A stretch of 64,000 bases of DNA from the human T2T-CHM13v2.0 reference genome, Homo sapiens. The first letter of the stretch is position 1; the number at the start of each line of letters is the position of its first letter. This document shows positions 1 through 12,390 of this stretch, in pieces. The stretch lies in assembly GCF_009914755.1 (NCBI RefSeq), contig NC_060947.1; one strand, written 5' to 3'. A program made the translations under genes and the position numbers. The notes below the pieces were generated by a model. That model did not search any database, was not told the origin of the DNA, and saw nothing but the letters and a program-made list of their open reading frames with translations.

Positions 1-699
1 TAACTTCTTCTTCAGTCCTGAGATTAACAGTTTTCTTCTGACCTTGATCATAAAGTACTTCCTAATTTCAGAAACATTGGAAGATTCTAAAAATATGTGT
101 CTCAGCATGGAGGAAATCTGCAGTGCAGCCAACAGCCAGGAAGAGGCACAGTGAGGGCAGCAGTTTGATTTGTCTGATCCCAGGGGTGGAGCATCTGGGC
201 AAGTGGTGGTCGGGGTGCATAAATGGAGGGCCCCATTGTGGGACCATTGGCTAGCATGCTGATTATTTGGAGAGGCAGAGAAGACCAATGTGAACAGAGT
301 GTGGGATAGACTAATGTATTAAGAGCATTTGACAGACCATGCATGGGGTCAGTTTGGAAGAATGGTGCCTAGGGCCAGAGACATGGCAGTGGGAATAAAA
401 GTGAAGGAATGAACATGAGAAGTTAATAAGAAGCCTACTATGCCTGACTCAAGTCAACAAAGGGAATAAAGGAGAAACAAGAGTCCATGAACCTTAGAGC
501 TTTCAAATCTAGATGTCTAGGAAAATATAGTACCATTGCCTGAAGCTAAAATGAGGAAGAGGAGCTTGTAGGGGGAGAAGACTTTAGCTACTAATATAGA
601 TCTTATTAATTAGTCTTCATAAATATGATTGCCCAAGAATATAAAACTTTTCCCAATTAACTGTTACCCGGCTCCAATGTTTTCATCTTGATGATAACG

Positions 700-910
700 A
701 TTTTGATAAATATCTTACTGAAATCCAATTATACTGTATCATCTGCCTTTTTTTGGTGTGCCAATTGGTAATGCTAAAAACAGGAAGTGAGATGAGCCAT
801 CATGGCATTTTCTTGGTGAACCCTTCCTGGTCCCTGGTGATCTTCAGTGCCTGTTATAAGAGCTCACAAGCAGTCCATTCAATAATCCAGTCTAGACTTT
901 CTAGAGGCCA
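700..910 (-). mobile_element. CR1/L3 LINE reverse-transcriptase fragment
   Basis: gaaatccaattatactgtatc...catggcattttcttggtgaaccc...tggtgatc resembles antisense L3/CR1 RT as recalled; highly diverged. Confidence 0.5.
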
Positions 911-973
911 CTTGAAAAAATCCACAGTATGTCTGAACATCTTCAGACTCCTGGCACCTCCCTTATTCCACAT

Positions 974-1381
974 TGTGGCAGTCATGGAGGTGCACTCTAT
1001 GCAGGTCAAGAAAGAACCGCAGGTCAACCATGAGAAGTACGGTTAGCTGATGGTCTCCAACTGTTAGCACTTCAGAATCCATCTTGGCTTTTGAGCTGAG
1101 AACACACTCTTCCTGGGCATTTCCCAGCCAATGACTGAGCATGATGGCAGTGTTAAGGTTTGGCCATCTCTCCCCAACATGAGATTCCTTTAATGGGTAA
1201 TCTTTGCTTCTGAGCTGCCTGGGTTGGCTGAGGCTTTGTCAGATCTGCATGTGGTTTGACGCTGTCCCTGCCCCAGACTGCTTCCTTCCCCTTTATCTTT
1301 CATAAGCATCTCCTACCAATAAACCTCTTGCACTTTTAACTGCATCACAGTGTCTGCTTCCTGGAAGACCCAACAAACACA
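974..1381 (+). mobile_element. ERVL solo LTR, LTR16-like
   Basis: TG start; cagccaatgactgag; 3' end aataaacctcttgcac...gtctgcttcctggaagacccaac...ca. Confidence 0.7.
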
Positions 1382-2246
1382 AGCATTATTCTTTTATGCT
1401 CTCCTGACATTGGTCTCGGGATCAAATGTCTAAGTTTTTTCAGGGACTCAAAAATAATTTGTTAAGCATGGAATCCCAAGGCAGAGGTCTCATATAGCTC
1501 TCTCAGATTGCTTGGGCTTTAATTCTTTCCCAACAATATTGGTCCTACTCTTTAATATTTGAAAATTATTCTCCTTGATGTAAAAGATGGCAATCCAATA
1601 GGATTCAACTTTCTCCCTGCCAGCACCATCTACTCCAAGGGGTTCTGGTGGAATTTGAATTCCCAGATGTGCAGAAGTGACATTGGGCTCTCAGAAGGCT
1701 TTCCACATATTCTGGCAACACATCCAAGAAGACAGCATACTTCTGAATTGGCCACATAAGGCTGACCTGTGGCCTCTCTACTCTACCTAGCAGAGATCAC
1801 TGTATGAGCTACTGGTGCCTACAAAGAGTTCCATATTGCCGTGTGTCAGAAACTTCAAATGTCCAGTCTCACCCTTCAGAGGCAGCCAGAGATCTGGCTT
1901 CTTGGTACTATTTCTCCTTCTTCTTTTTAACTGTGGATTTTTTTTTTTCCATTCAACCCTCACGACCTTGGTTTTAATTGCTCTCTACTCCCTGATTCTG
2001 GCTTTACTTTTGGATATTTTTCTTCCATCCTACAAAAAAATCCCTACTTTCTTTCCAGTAAGTTAGCTCACGCAAGATTCCTCAACCCCTGCCACCTCTC
2101 CTGATGCCAGGAGACCAGCTTGTATCTACAGCATCCCCAATGGTGAGTGTCTTGGGCAGGAAGACAAACATAGATATGTACGTTAGGTTGTTGGAAACCT
2201 TCTCACATTGTCCATAACTCTTGAGTAGCAAGATAAATGGCTATCT

Positions 2247-2656
2247 TAATAATTCTGCCCTGAATATTTGTCCCACTCAAATCTCATGTTGAATTGTAAT
2301 CCCCAGTGTTAGAGGTGGGAACTGCTGGGAGGTGACTGGGTCATGGGAGTGGATCTGTCATCACTTGGTGCTGTCTTCCTGATAGTGAGTGAGTTCTCAC
2401 AAGATCTGGTCATTTAAAAGTGGTGTGATACCCCTACCCGCTGACCACCTTTTGTTCCTGTTTCTACCATGTGGGACACTTGCCCCTCCTTTGCCTTCCA
2501 CCATGATTGTAAGCTTTCTGAGGCCTCCCCAGAAGCAGATGCAGGTGTTACACTTCCTGTACAGCCTGCAGAACCATGAGCCATTTAAACCACGTTTCTT
2601 ATAAACTACCCACTCTCAGTTATTTCTTTATGGCAATGCAAGAATGGCCTAACACA
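2247..2656 (+). mobile_element. MaLR solo LTR, MSTA/MSTB-like
   Basis: aatctcatgttgaattgtaatccccagtg...gaggcctccccagaagcagatgc...cagcctgcagaaccatgagcca...ctaacaca. Confidence 0.85.
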
Positions 2657-3026
2657 ATGAGTCACTTTTTCCTCTAAGATGGCTTCCCTAGGCACAAGTT
2701 AGTAGCTGCAGTTCTGGGCATTATATTGAGACATGTCAACTTCCAGTGGAAGAATAGGGGGTGTCTCTGTCTTTCTGTTTCTTATTTTGGAGCAAGGAAC
2801 TATTTCCCAGAATTCTCCCTTCAGGTTTCATTGGCTAGAATTGGATCAAATCCTACCCAATCACTGGGAAGAGGACTAAGATTAGTGTGGTTGGTTTGGC
2901 TCTGTCCTTAGAGTTAGGGATATAATTATATATTTTTTGCAGGGTGGGTAGCTAAACCAGAACAAGGTGTGGATGCAGAGGAAGAAAGTGAGGAGGGTCA
3001 GGTGGAGGAATGAATACTGGCTAGGA

Positions 3027-3505
3027 TGTTGGTTTGGGTTCCCTAGAAACAAAATCTGAAACAAGAATTTGAGTGCAAGTAGATTATTTGGGCAATGATC
3101 CCAGAAATACTGGTAGGGGAGAGGACAGCTGAGATAGGGTAGTAAAATAAACCAATAAAGATGATTATCCAGCCAACTACCACTGCAGACAACTAGGGTT
3201 CTATCCTTCTGGGGATTTTTGGAGACAGTGTGGAGCACACACCTCAGAGTTATCCTGATTGAGGGGTAAAGAGCTGGGGTATTTAAAGACCAACTCTCAC
3301 CAGTCATTGGTTGAGGGCAGTACTAAAGAATATGAACTCTGGGGCAGTTCCAGGCTGCTCCACCTAGGCTGAGTGAACTCTGATGGTCAGAAGAAGACTT
3401 CAGACAAAGTGTTGCAGTGTCTGAAGTTGGAAGCCATCTGTTAGGTGGAAAGTATGGGAATGAAGGAAGTGCCAGGGGTATGTGGGTGGGCATCCACAGT
3501 GCCTA
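3027..3505 (-). mobile_element. ERVL solo LTR, LTR33/LTR16-like
   Basis: tgggttccctagaaacaaaatctgaaacaagaatttgagtgcaagtagattatttggg is the antisense LTR 3' end; also cagtcattggttgaggg. Confidence 0.65.
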
Positions 3506-3924
3506 CTTAGGTGAGAAGCCGACAGTGTGTACTACAGTCGGCTCCTGGGAAGTCCTCCAATGTCATGTTGAATACCAAGGACTAGTTAATGCAACAGGAG
3601 GAATCACAGAACTTTAGAGCTGGAAATCATATCAATAATTATCTAGCCTAGTTTAATCTATGCCATTTTAACTGAGGCCAAAAAAAGTGAATTGATAAGC
3701 TTGGGGTCAATGAATAGCAGATGCTGGGATAGAAATAATGGCAATATTAGTAACCCAACACAGACTAAACATGTGCTTAGGGCACCAGCAAAGCAGGTGT
3801 ATTAATGTTTTGAAAATAATTTGATCTTTAAATGTTGAAGCTGTCATTATGGAACCATTCAGAATTCTGTTAAGCTTGCTTATATTTATCTTACAAATTA
3901 GAGTTGAATTTATTTGGAATTATT

Positions 3925-3979
3925 TTATATATATATGTATATGTGTATATATGTGAGTATATGAGTATATATATGTATA

Positions 3980-4020
<41 letters not shown>
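3925..4020. repeat. Compound (TA)n/(TG)n microsatellite
   Basis: Directly visible tatatatatgtatatg... followed by a pure TG tract. Confidence 0.95.
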
Positions 4021-4021
<1 letters not shown>

Positions 4022-4572
4022 GTGGAACTTTTAATGTTTTTAGGGCTTTGGGCTTCTTGTGAAATTCCTGATCTGGACCTAGTGAGCACTGCATGACATC
4101 AGGCTGACTCTTCCCAGGGAAGAACTTCCATTACTCTCCTCATGGCTGGTGTCAACACTAGGCTCGTATGAGTGGGCCTGGAGCGACCTTGCTCTTTTGG
4201 GAGTATTGCCCTCCAGATTGACTCAGCATCTAGATCTGCGCTATTTAGTGGGAAGATACATGTAGAGGAGTTTCAGTATTTCTTAAAGTGTGTTCTATGG
4301 AAAAACAAATCTGTAAGAATGTGCATAGGTCTTACAATAAAGCCTTTCATGGTTGCATAAGTACGGTTTTTGTTATTGTGTGTAACTGATGAGCTTTTTA
4401 GAATCCTTGGAATGTCAAAATGTTCTACCAAATTCCAAGAAGGGGAGTAGTATGCAGTATTTTCCACAATTTTTTGAACAAGGAACACTTTCTAGCAGAA
4501 ACTCCCACAGGCTAGTATTCCTCATACCACCTCACCCCTTACAAATGTTAATGTGGTCTTTACCTGACCAGT

Positions 4573-4961
4573 TCTCACGGTCTGAATATGTCCTCCAAAA
4601 CTCATATGCCAAAACTTAATGCCCAGTATGACAGTATTAAGAGACAGGGACTTTAAGAGGTGATTATGTTATCAGGAGGGCTTTGCCCTCATGGATGGGA
4701 TTAGGACTCTTATAAAAGGGCTCAAGGGATTGGATTTTCTCTCTTCTGTACTTCGGTCATGTGAGGACACAGCATTCATCCCCTCCATAGGATGCAGCAG
4801 TAGGGTACCATCTTGAAGCAGACAGCAGCCCTCACCAGACACTGTACCTGCCAGCCCCTTCATAGTGGACTTCTCACCCTCAAGAACTATAATACATTTC
4901 TGTTGTTTATAAATTACCCAGTCTTGAGTATTTTGTTATAGCAGCACAATGGACTAAGACA
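4573..4961 (+). mobile_element. MaLR solo LTR, MSTD-like
   Basis: tctgaatatgtcctccaaaactcatatg...catgtgaggacacagcattcatccc...ttgttatagcagcacaatggactaagaca. Confidence 0.85.
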
Positions 4962-7282
4962 ACAGTCTTCCTGTGAACATTTTAGGTTGCCTGATTTCAT
5001 CTTGTAATAGAAAAAGCCCTGAATAAGGAATTGAGGCTTGGGTTATGCCATCTTTCCCATAGGGGCATAATATTATTGATGCTATCATAGAGAATGTTTT
5101 TGCTTAGTTTTCCAGGAATGGTTGAGGGTATGTGTCAATCCAGTTATACTCACTTATTCTTCTTACCTTGTGATCAAAACCAGTTGACTTGAACCAGGCA
5201 AAATGTGCAATCAGATGAGCTACAGAGGTTGTGTTTGAACCAGTAAAATAAATGTCAATAGCCCCTGAGATCTGAATACTGGGGACGACTCTTCTGGCTT
5301 CTTCTTAGTTATGTTTCCTAAGTGTCTTCCCTTAGAAAAGGCTTCTGTGGTCTACGTGAGATCGATCAATTAATCCCTTCTATTTGCAAGGCTCTTTGCT
5401 GGCCATAGATGAGAGCCAACAGGCACACTCCCTGCAGAGTTGCCAAGGATGGTTGAAATGTGGTCCTTCGTGGCAGGTTGTCAGACTCAGATGAACACCC
5501 TCAGTGCTTTCTTTAGAAGTCTTCTCATTCCCAAAGCATTTTTTAAACTGCAGTTTCCTTTCCTTGCTTGTGAAGTATCAAGGGAGGCACCTTTTTATTG
5601 TGGAGGAGCAAAGCTGGCTTCTGTGCCTTGACCCTTTGTTGGAAGAGGAAGAGTTGAGTGAATTAGGCTGTCTCAGCCAGCTCCTCACAGGCCCAAACTA
5701 TGAGATACACAAACAACGTGAGGGTCTCCTGGCAAATGGTCACAAGTACACATTCCCAATATGGCCTATTATCACCTGTAAATTTGACCAATATTGTAAT
5801 TGGAAAAACTTTTACACCTTATGGCATTTCCATTAGTCATGGTCCATGAACTTGGCAAAGATTCTACTGTGTGAGAGAAAGAAATGCAGCATTTCACAAG
5901 GCAGCCATTAGTTTTTGACGTAAAACATCAGATCCCATTGGTAACAAGCCCAAGTTCAGACATCCTTGGCTCACATTAAATCAATGCAGGATGAAGAAGG
6001 AGAACCAAATGGTTTTTTGAAAAGGAAATACTTTGGGGGCCAGGAATGAACAGGCTCTTAAAGTTTTCCCCAAAGCAACTGTGGTCAATGAGAGGGGAAT
6101 ATGTGTGTCTTTAGGAAGAAATAAGATACACTTCACACACCTGCAGAATTAAAATGCAGGTAGATTTCATCAAGGAGTAGTAATTTTTCAGATTTAGAAT
6201 TGTCTAGAGACTCATTGACTTGACCGATGAGGCTTTGGAGGATAAACAGCAGTGATTTCAATGGCACCTGGAGATGGTCTGTGTTTTTTGTCTCTCTGAC
6301 TCCTCTACCTACCTTTTAAAGGCGTTTATAAAACAGGATGAGTCCCAGACAACCTCCAATAGTCCTTTGAAAGTGTGTTTTTTTCTAATAAGTGGATTAA
6401 ATGCAAATGTTTTATGCTGGTGAGAACCTAATGAAAAGCATACCAACTAAAACAGAGTGTGGGATTGGCAGCAAATGAGAAAAGCAAGTAAAAATCCCTT
6501 CTGTCTTGTCCCTCTGGAAATTATTGGAACTTTTAACCAAAATTCTCCAAACTCAGCTGGTGAGTTTTAAGCAGACTCCTTCTGGGTGCAGTGGGGTGGG
6601 GGAATAGGGGTCTTCAGAGGCCCTATGAGAACATTTAATAAGCGGGCAATACATTTTCCTAAGTTCTTGTGTTCTCCTCCACTCCCAATCCAGTCAGCTC
6701 AGATTCTCCCTGAGGAGGTTTTATTCCCTCTCTTGGGGATCCTCTTGGACAGGATTTAAATGATTCCAGGTCAATTGTATCTCCAACACCATCCTCTCTT
6801 CCCACAAACTCTGGGAGTGTGGACTACCCCAACACAGCAAGCTCTTCCAGCTAGCAAATTTCTCTCTATGAAAATTCTTTGGAATGAATTGGACACTGGA
6901 CCATTGTTTTCTCCCCCAGGTTCCAGGGAACATACTCCAAGTGGACATATTACAAGCCTTTCATAGGCTTGACGTGAGAAACAGGAAACCTTACCATCTC
7001 TTTTGGGGGCAAGGTTCGGGGAGGGGCTATGCAGAACACAGTTATCTCTAGAATAATTCTGTATAAATTACTTCTTCTCTTAGTCTTCAACAACCCAACT
7101 GTTTTATGCACTCACTCAATGAAGGTGAGTCATCTAATTGGTTTTCAGAATCTATCTTGAAATCTCACAATTCACTTTGAGTGTGATATCTATCACCTTA
7201 TGGTCTTGGAAGACATTTCCATTTAACATCCTGCTCTGGTAGATTATTTTGAACTTGGGGGAAATATTTTCTTCTCTAAAAC

Positions 7283-7760
7283 TGTTGCAATTTGCTTTCT
7301 CCAGGAAGCAGATGCTGAGACAGAGGTAGGAGTCAAGAGGTTCCATTGAGGAGTAGCAGCTGTGCCAGGAAAAGAGAGGAAACAGAACGGGGCAGGGGGA
7401 GCCATCAGATTGTGACGAGACCTCTACCAGTTCAGGGGGGAACTCTGGGGCAGAGATTGCACACTCAAGGAGTCCTGCATTGTGTGGAGATGGCCAAGCC
7501 CTTTTAGCACTGCTTTGCTCAGTCTGTTTCTGAAAGCTGCCCCAAGAAGAGTGTGTCCTCAGCTATCACCTCCTTACTCAGTCATTGGCCAGGCACAATG
7601 ACTGTCATACCTTGAGAAAGATATGACCTCAGCTTGAAAGCTGAGTGAACCCTGACAAAGCTAATAGGTGGAAGCTGCCACTTAACCATACTCCTCATAG
7701 TTGGATAGCAAGTTCTTTCTAGAGGGAGGGTCTGAGAGTCACATTCCTGTATCTGACACA
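7283..7760 (-). mobile_element. ERVL solo LTR, LTR16-like
   Basis: ccaggaagcagatgctgagacagagg...cagtcattggc; antisense counterpart of the element at 974-1381. Confidence 0.65.
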
Positions 7761-7844
7761 TAACCCAATATATTTACTCTAAGAATGAATAGTGATCTTT
7801 TGGCTTTCTCTCTCTCTCTCTCTCTCCATGTGCTAGGATGCTTT

Positions 7845-8168
7845 CCTATGACCCTTACATGGCTCCCTCCCTCACTTCATTCAGATTTCTCTCAAAGTCA
7901 TCTCCTCAGAGAAGCTTCCTCTCACCATTCTGTTTTAAATATTACCCCTTCCTTACTCTATTTCCCCTTTATTTGTTTTTTTTTACATTGGCATTTGATG
8001 ACTTACAATTATACTATATATTAATTTCATCATTGTCTCTCCCTTCTACTGCAATGTAGGGCAGGGACCTTGTCTATTTTGTTTCTTAAATAACCCGATA
8101 ACCGAGTACACTGTGTTACACATGACAGGTGTTCAATAAATATTTTTGACAAAACAAATACATGAATC
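7845..8168 (+). mobile_element. L2 LINE 3' end
   Basis: tggctccctccctcacttcattcag...gggcagggaccttgtctattttgtt...tcaataaatattt...tgaat. Confidence 0.75.
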
Positions 8169-8424
8169 TGGATCACTTGAACCCCTTCCTTTCTCATTTC
8201 CTTGCTGTGGCACATAGTGGGGAGGGGGCTTGGGTTATGTGGTTGAGTGTGCTGCTCTGGCAGTCCTGCCTCTGCCTACTATGGCTGTCAGCTCTTCCAA
8301 GAGAGGATCTCTTTGTCCAACTGCGCTGGTCCAAGCACTGGCTCTTCAACATGGTCTCCTTTATAATCTGCTACTTTTCCGCTACTCAGAGTCAGCAAAA
8401 GGGTGAATGTGGTAAAAATCACAC

Positions 8425-8767
<343 letters not shown>

Positions 8768-8870
8768 TAATTACACTTTTCTGAAGGCTCAGGGGTAAAG
8801 AAGAAAAATAAGAACATAAATATTTCAAGTATCTGTCCTTGTGCTTCAAAGAAAAATACATTAACTCTTT

Positions 8871-9257
8871 CGTTACGGGCTGAATTTTGTCCCTTCAAAA
8901 TTCATATATTGAAGCCGTAACCCTCAGTATCTGAGAATGTGACTGTATTTGGAGATAGGGCCTTTACAGAGGCTATTAAGGTAAAATGAGGTCATTATTG
9001 AGGAGTCCTAATTCAGTATGACTAGTGTCCATAGAAGAAGAAGAGGTGAGGACACAGACAGGCACAGAGGGAAGACCACATGAGCACACAGGGAGAATAT
9101 GGCCATCTGCAAACCAAGGAGAGAGGCCTCAGACAAAACCCTGTTGACACCTGGATCTCAAATTTCTGGCCTTCAGAACTGTGAGAAATTATATTTCTGT
9201 GTTGAAGCTGCTCAGTCTGTGGTATTTTGTTATGGCAGCTTTAGCAGATTAATATAC
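8871..9257 (+). mobile_element. MaLR solo LTR, MLT1B-like
   Basis: gggctgaattttgtcccttcaaaattcatat...gtgactgtatttggagatagggcc...ttgttatggcagc...taatatac. Confidence 0.85.
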
Positions 9258-9689
9258 CTTTCAAGTAGGGAGATACCCTGATTCCTGGCCTTGTACCCTC
9301 AGGGGCATATTCCACTTCCTGACCATGCTTCCCTATTCTTAGATCTGCCCTTCTGAAAGGAAAGCTTTTTTTCAGAAGTACACTATGAATCTTCATCTCC
9401 TTCACAGAGGCCCTGCCAGAAGTTGATCTGGTCTTTAGATTCATCCTCTGGCGCCATCATGTGCTCTCTAGGACATGGTAGTATGCAATGGTACGTTTCT
9501 TTAAGTCAAGAAGTATTCTCGACACAACAATTTGGAACATTGCGGGGTGCTCCAAATCCTATTTCCATTGGGACCTCCCAGTTTGTATGAGACACACAGT
9601 AAGGATTCTTCCAGGTCATCCGGAAGGATACTATGGAGTCAGTCACATTTACCCATACCTGTGGCAAAAGGAATATCCAATGCAAAGAC

Positions 9690-10505
9690 CCTGAGGGAGC
9701 AATAATCTTGATGCATTCAAGAAACAGCAAGAAAGCCAGTGTGGTTGGAGCATAGTGACCCTGGGTAGGGAGTTATATAGAAGATGAACTCAGAGAGTTA
9801 TCAGGGGTCAGAGGAGTTTGGGTTTTGTAAGAAATGTAGGAAGTCATAGGTCTACTCTGGCCTCAGAGTACCTACATGTTTCTGAGATCACTCTGTTTGC
9901 TGGAGGAGGGAAGACTGTAGGAGGGCTAGAGTAGAAATTGGGAGATAGAAAGAAGACAATCATAGCAGTCCAGATAAGAAGTGATCATGGCCTGGATCAG
10001 GATGCAATGGAGAATTCAAAGGAGAGAAATATAGCAAGAATGTGTGCAAAAGAGAGGACTCAGGTTATCCTGAGCAGCTGGGTGAATGGCGATGCCATGT
10101 ACTAAGAAGGGAAAGCCCTGGGGAGGACTGGGCTTTGGAGGGAAATTAAGGCTTTGGCTCTGGACGTGTTAACACATTGCACTATCAATTTGATATCCAA
10201 TTGGTTATGTCAAATAAGCAGTTGGATATCCTAGTCAAGGTCAGGAAGGGAGTCCAGGATGGTGACTGGTGATAGTATTTAAAGCCAAGATTATTTAATT
10301 ATTTATGAGATCAACTAGGGAACAGATGTAGAATGACTGCTAGGACACTCCAAAATGTAAAGACCAGGAAGAGGAGGAGAATCCAGCAATTAAGAGGAGC
10401 AGCTAGTGAGGTAAGAGGAAGGACAGGAGGTGGGCTATCTAGAGTTAAATGGGGAAAATGTTTCCAGAAAGAGGGAGTGATTGGTTGTGTCAAATGCTGC
10501 AACAG
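9690..10505 (-). mobile_element. L2 LINE fragment
   Basis: Purine-rich antisense L2: gaaacagcaagaaagccagtgtggttggag...gagcagctgggtgaatggcgatgcc...gtcaaatgctgc. Confidence 0.7.
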
Positions 10506-10511
10506 ATGGTT

Positions 10512-11483
10512 TTCATTTTTCACTATTTCAAACATTGGTGCAGTGAACATTCTCATTTCTCTGTTTTCATGCACATGTGTGACAGTTTCTCTAGTGTAGA
10601 TATCTGGAAGAGAAATTATTGGTGATGGGGTAGGAGCATCTTCAGTTTTAATAGGCAATGCCAGACTGTTTTCCAAAGTGATTGGTCCAATTTACCCTAC
10701 CACCAGTACTGTGTTCTCCCTTCCTTGAAATCCTCACAACCCTTGGTGTTATCAGGGACTGATTTTTCCAATCTGATGAGTGCAAAACGCTGTCTCCTTA
10801 TTCTTTTTAACTTTCATTGTCTTCAAGACTATTGTCTTGGGAATCTTTTAAAATGTTTTTTGGCCATTTGACCTTCCTCTTCTTAGAGTTCTGTATTTAT
10901 AGCCTGCGCCCATTTTTCTATTTGACTGGTTGGTTGGTTTAGGAGTTCTTTATATATATTCTGGGTACCAATCCTTTGTTAGATATGTGAGCTGCAAATA
11001 TCTTCTACCAAACTGGGGCTTATATTTTCGCTGTATTTATGGTGACTTTTATAATTTTTTTTCTTTCTGGTTTCTCCTTTTTACATTATTATTAAGAATG
11101 CCTTCCTTGCTCCAAAGTTATAAATATATTCTCTTCTAAAAGTTAAAAGATTCATTTTTCATATTTAGGTATTTAATCTATTAGGAATTAATGTTTGTAT
11201 TGGCATCTATTTCTGTCTTTTATAAGAATAACAGATTATCCCAGTATCATTTATTGAATCCTTACTCCATACACCTATATGACTCTAACCCCTATCAAAA
11301 TACAGAATATTATAACTCCAGAAAGCTTTCTCATGTCTCTTCCCAGTTAATCCCCACTCTCCAAAACCTCTTCTGATTGTTTTCTTTATGAATTAGTTTT
11401 TTCTATTTTAGACTTCATTTACATGGAATCAAGCAGTATATATTCTTTCGTGTAAAATTAATTTTATTTAGCATGATGTTTTT
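10512..11483 (-). mobile_element. Old L1M (L1MB/L1ME-type) 3' fragments; resumes at 12010-12110
   Basis: gccagactgttttccaaagtg...tttacatggaatcaagcagtat; agcatgatgtttttgagattcatcca continues after an insertion. Confidence 0.65.
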
Positions 11484-11671
11484 AATACAATTACTTTAAC
11501 TGTTTATCATCTTTTGTAAATTAAAAAAGCATAAGAAGATAGCAAGAGGAGAGATATAAAATTATTAACAAAAATTTCTGGGCCAAGATTAATGAAATTA
11601 AGATATACACTTCGGGTTTTGCATATTGTTATTTGTTTAGTTTAATTGTTAATACATATTCTTTATTAAAC

Positions 11672-12009
11672 TTAACTTTTATTTTAAGTTCAGGGGGACT
11701 TGTGCAGGTTTGTTTTATAGGTAAACTCGTGTCATGGGGGTTTGTTGTACAACTTATTTCATCACCCTTATATTAAGCCTCGTACCCATCAGTTATTTTT
11801 TCTGATCCTCTCCTTCCTCCCATCCTCCATCCTCCAGTAGGCCTCAGTGTGTGTTGTTTCCCTCTATGTGTCCATGAGTTCTCATTATTTAGCTGCCACG
11901 TGTGTGAAGAGGCGGTATTTGGTTTTCTGTTCCTGTATTATCTTGCTAAGGATAATAGCCTCCAGTTCCATCCATGCTCCTGTAAAGGATATGCTCTATT
12001 TTTTATGGC
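11672..12009 (-). mobile_element. 5'-truncated L1PA (L1PA13-15-like) 3' UTR
   Basis: ttttattttaagttcagggg...ggtaaactcgtgtcatgggggtttgttgtac; bracketed by 15-bp TSD tagcatgatgttttt (11469-11483, 12010-12024). Confidence 0.85.
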
Positions 12010-12144
12010 TAGCATGATGTTTTTGAGATTCATCCATATCATTGTGTGCATCAGTTCATTCTGTTTTATTACTGAGTAGTATTCCATTATATGGATATAC
12101 CACGGTTTTTTTAAATGATTTCCAAGTGTTTTTTAGAACCTTTT

Positions 12145-12375
12145 AATGTTTTAATTTAATTTAATTTTACTTTAAGTTCTGGTATACATGTACAGAACGT
12201 GCAGGTTTGTTACATAGGTATATATGTGCCATGGTGGTTTGCTGCACCTATCAACCCATCATGTAGATTTTAAGCCCCGCATGCATTAGGTATTTGTCCT
12301 AATGCTCTTCCACCCCTTGCCCCACACCACCCCCAACAGTCCCTGGTGTGTGTTGTTCTCCTCCCTGTGTCCATG
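12145..12375 (-). mobile_element. 5'-truncated L1PA (L1PA7/8-like) 3' UTR
   Basis: ttactttaagttctggtatacatgtacagaacgtgcaggtttg...ttttaagccccgcatgcattagg; TSD ttagaacc(-/g)tttt. Confidence 0.9.
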
Positions 12376-12390
12376 TTAGAACCGTTTTTT

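Noticed and set aside
9280-9700. Unique segment with small ORFs (9488-9694, 9241-9444)
   Set aside because: No recognisable motif or convincing splice-site pair
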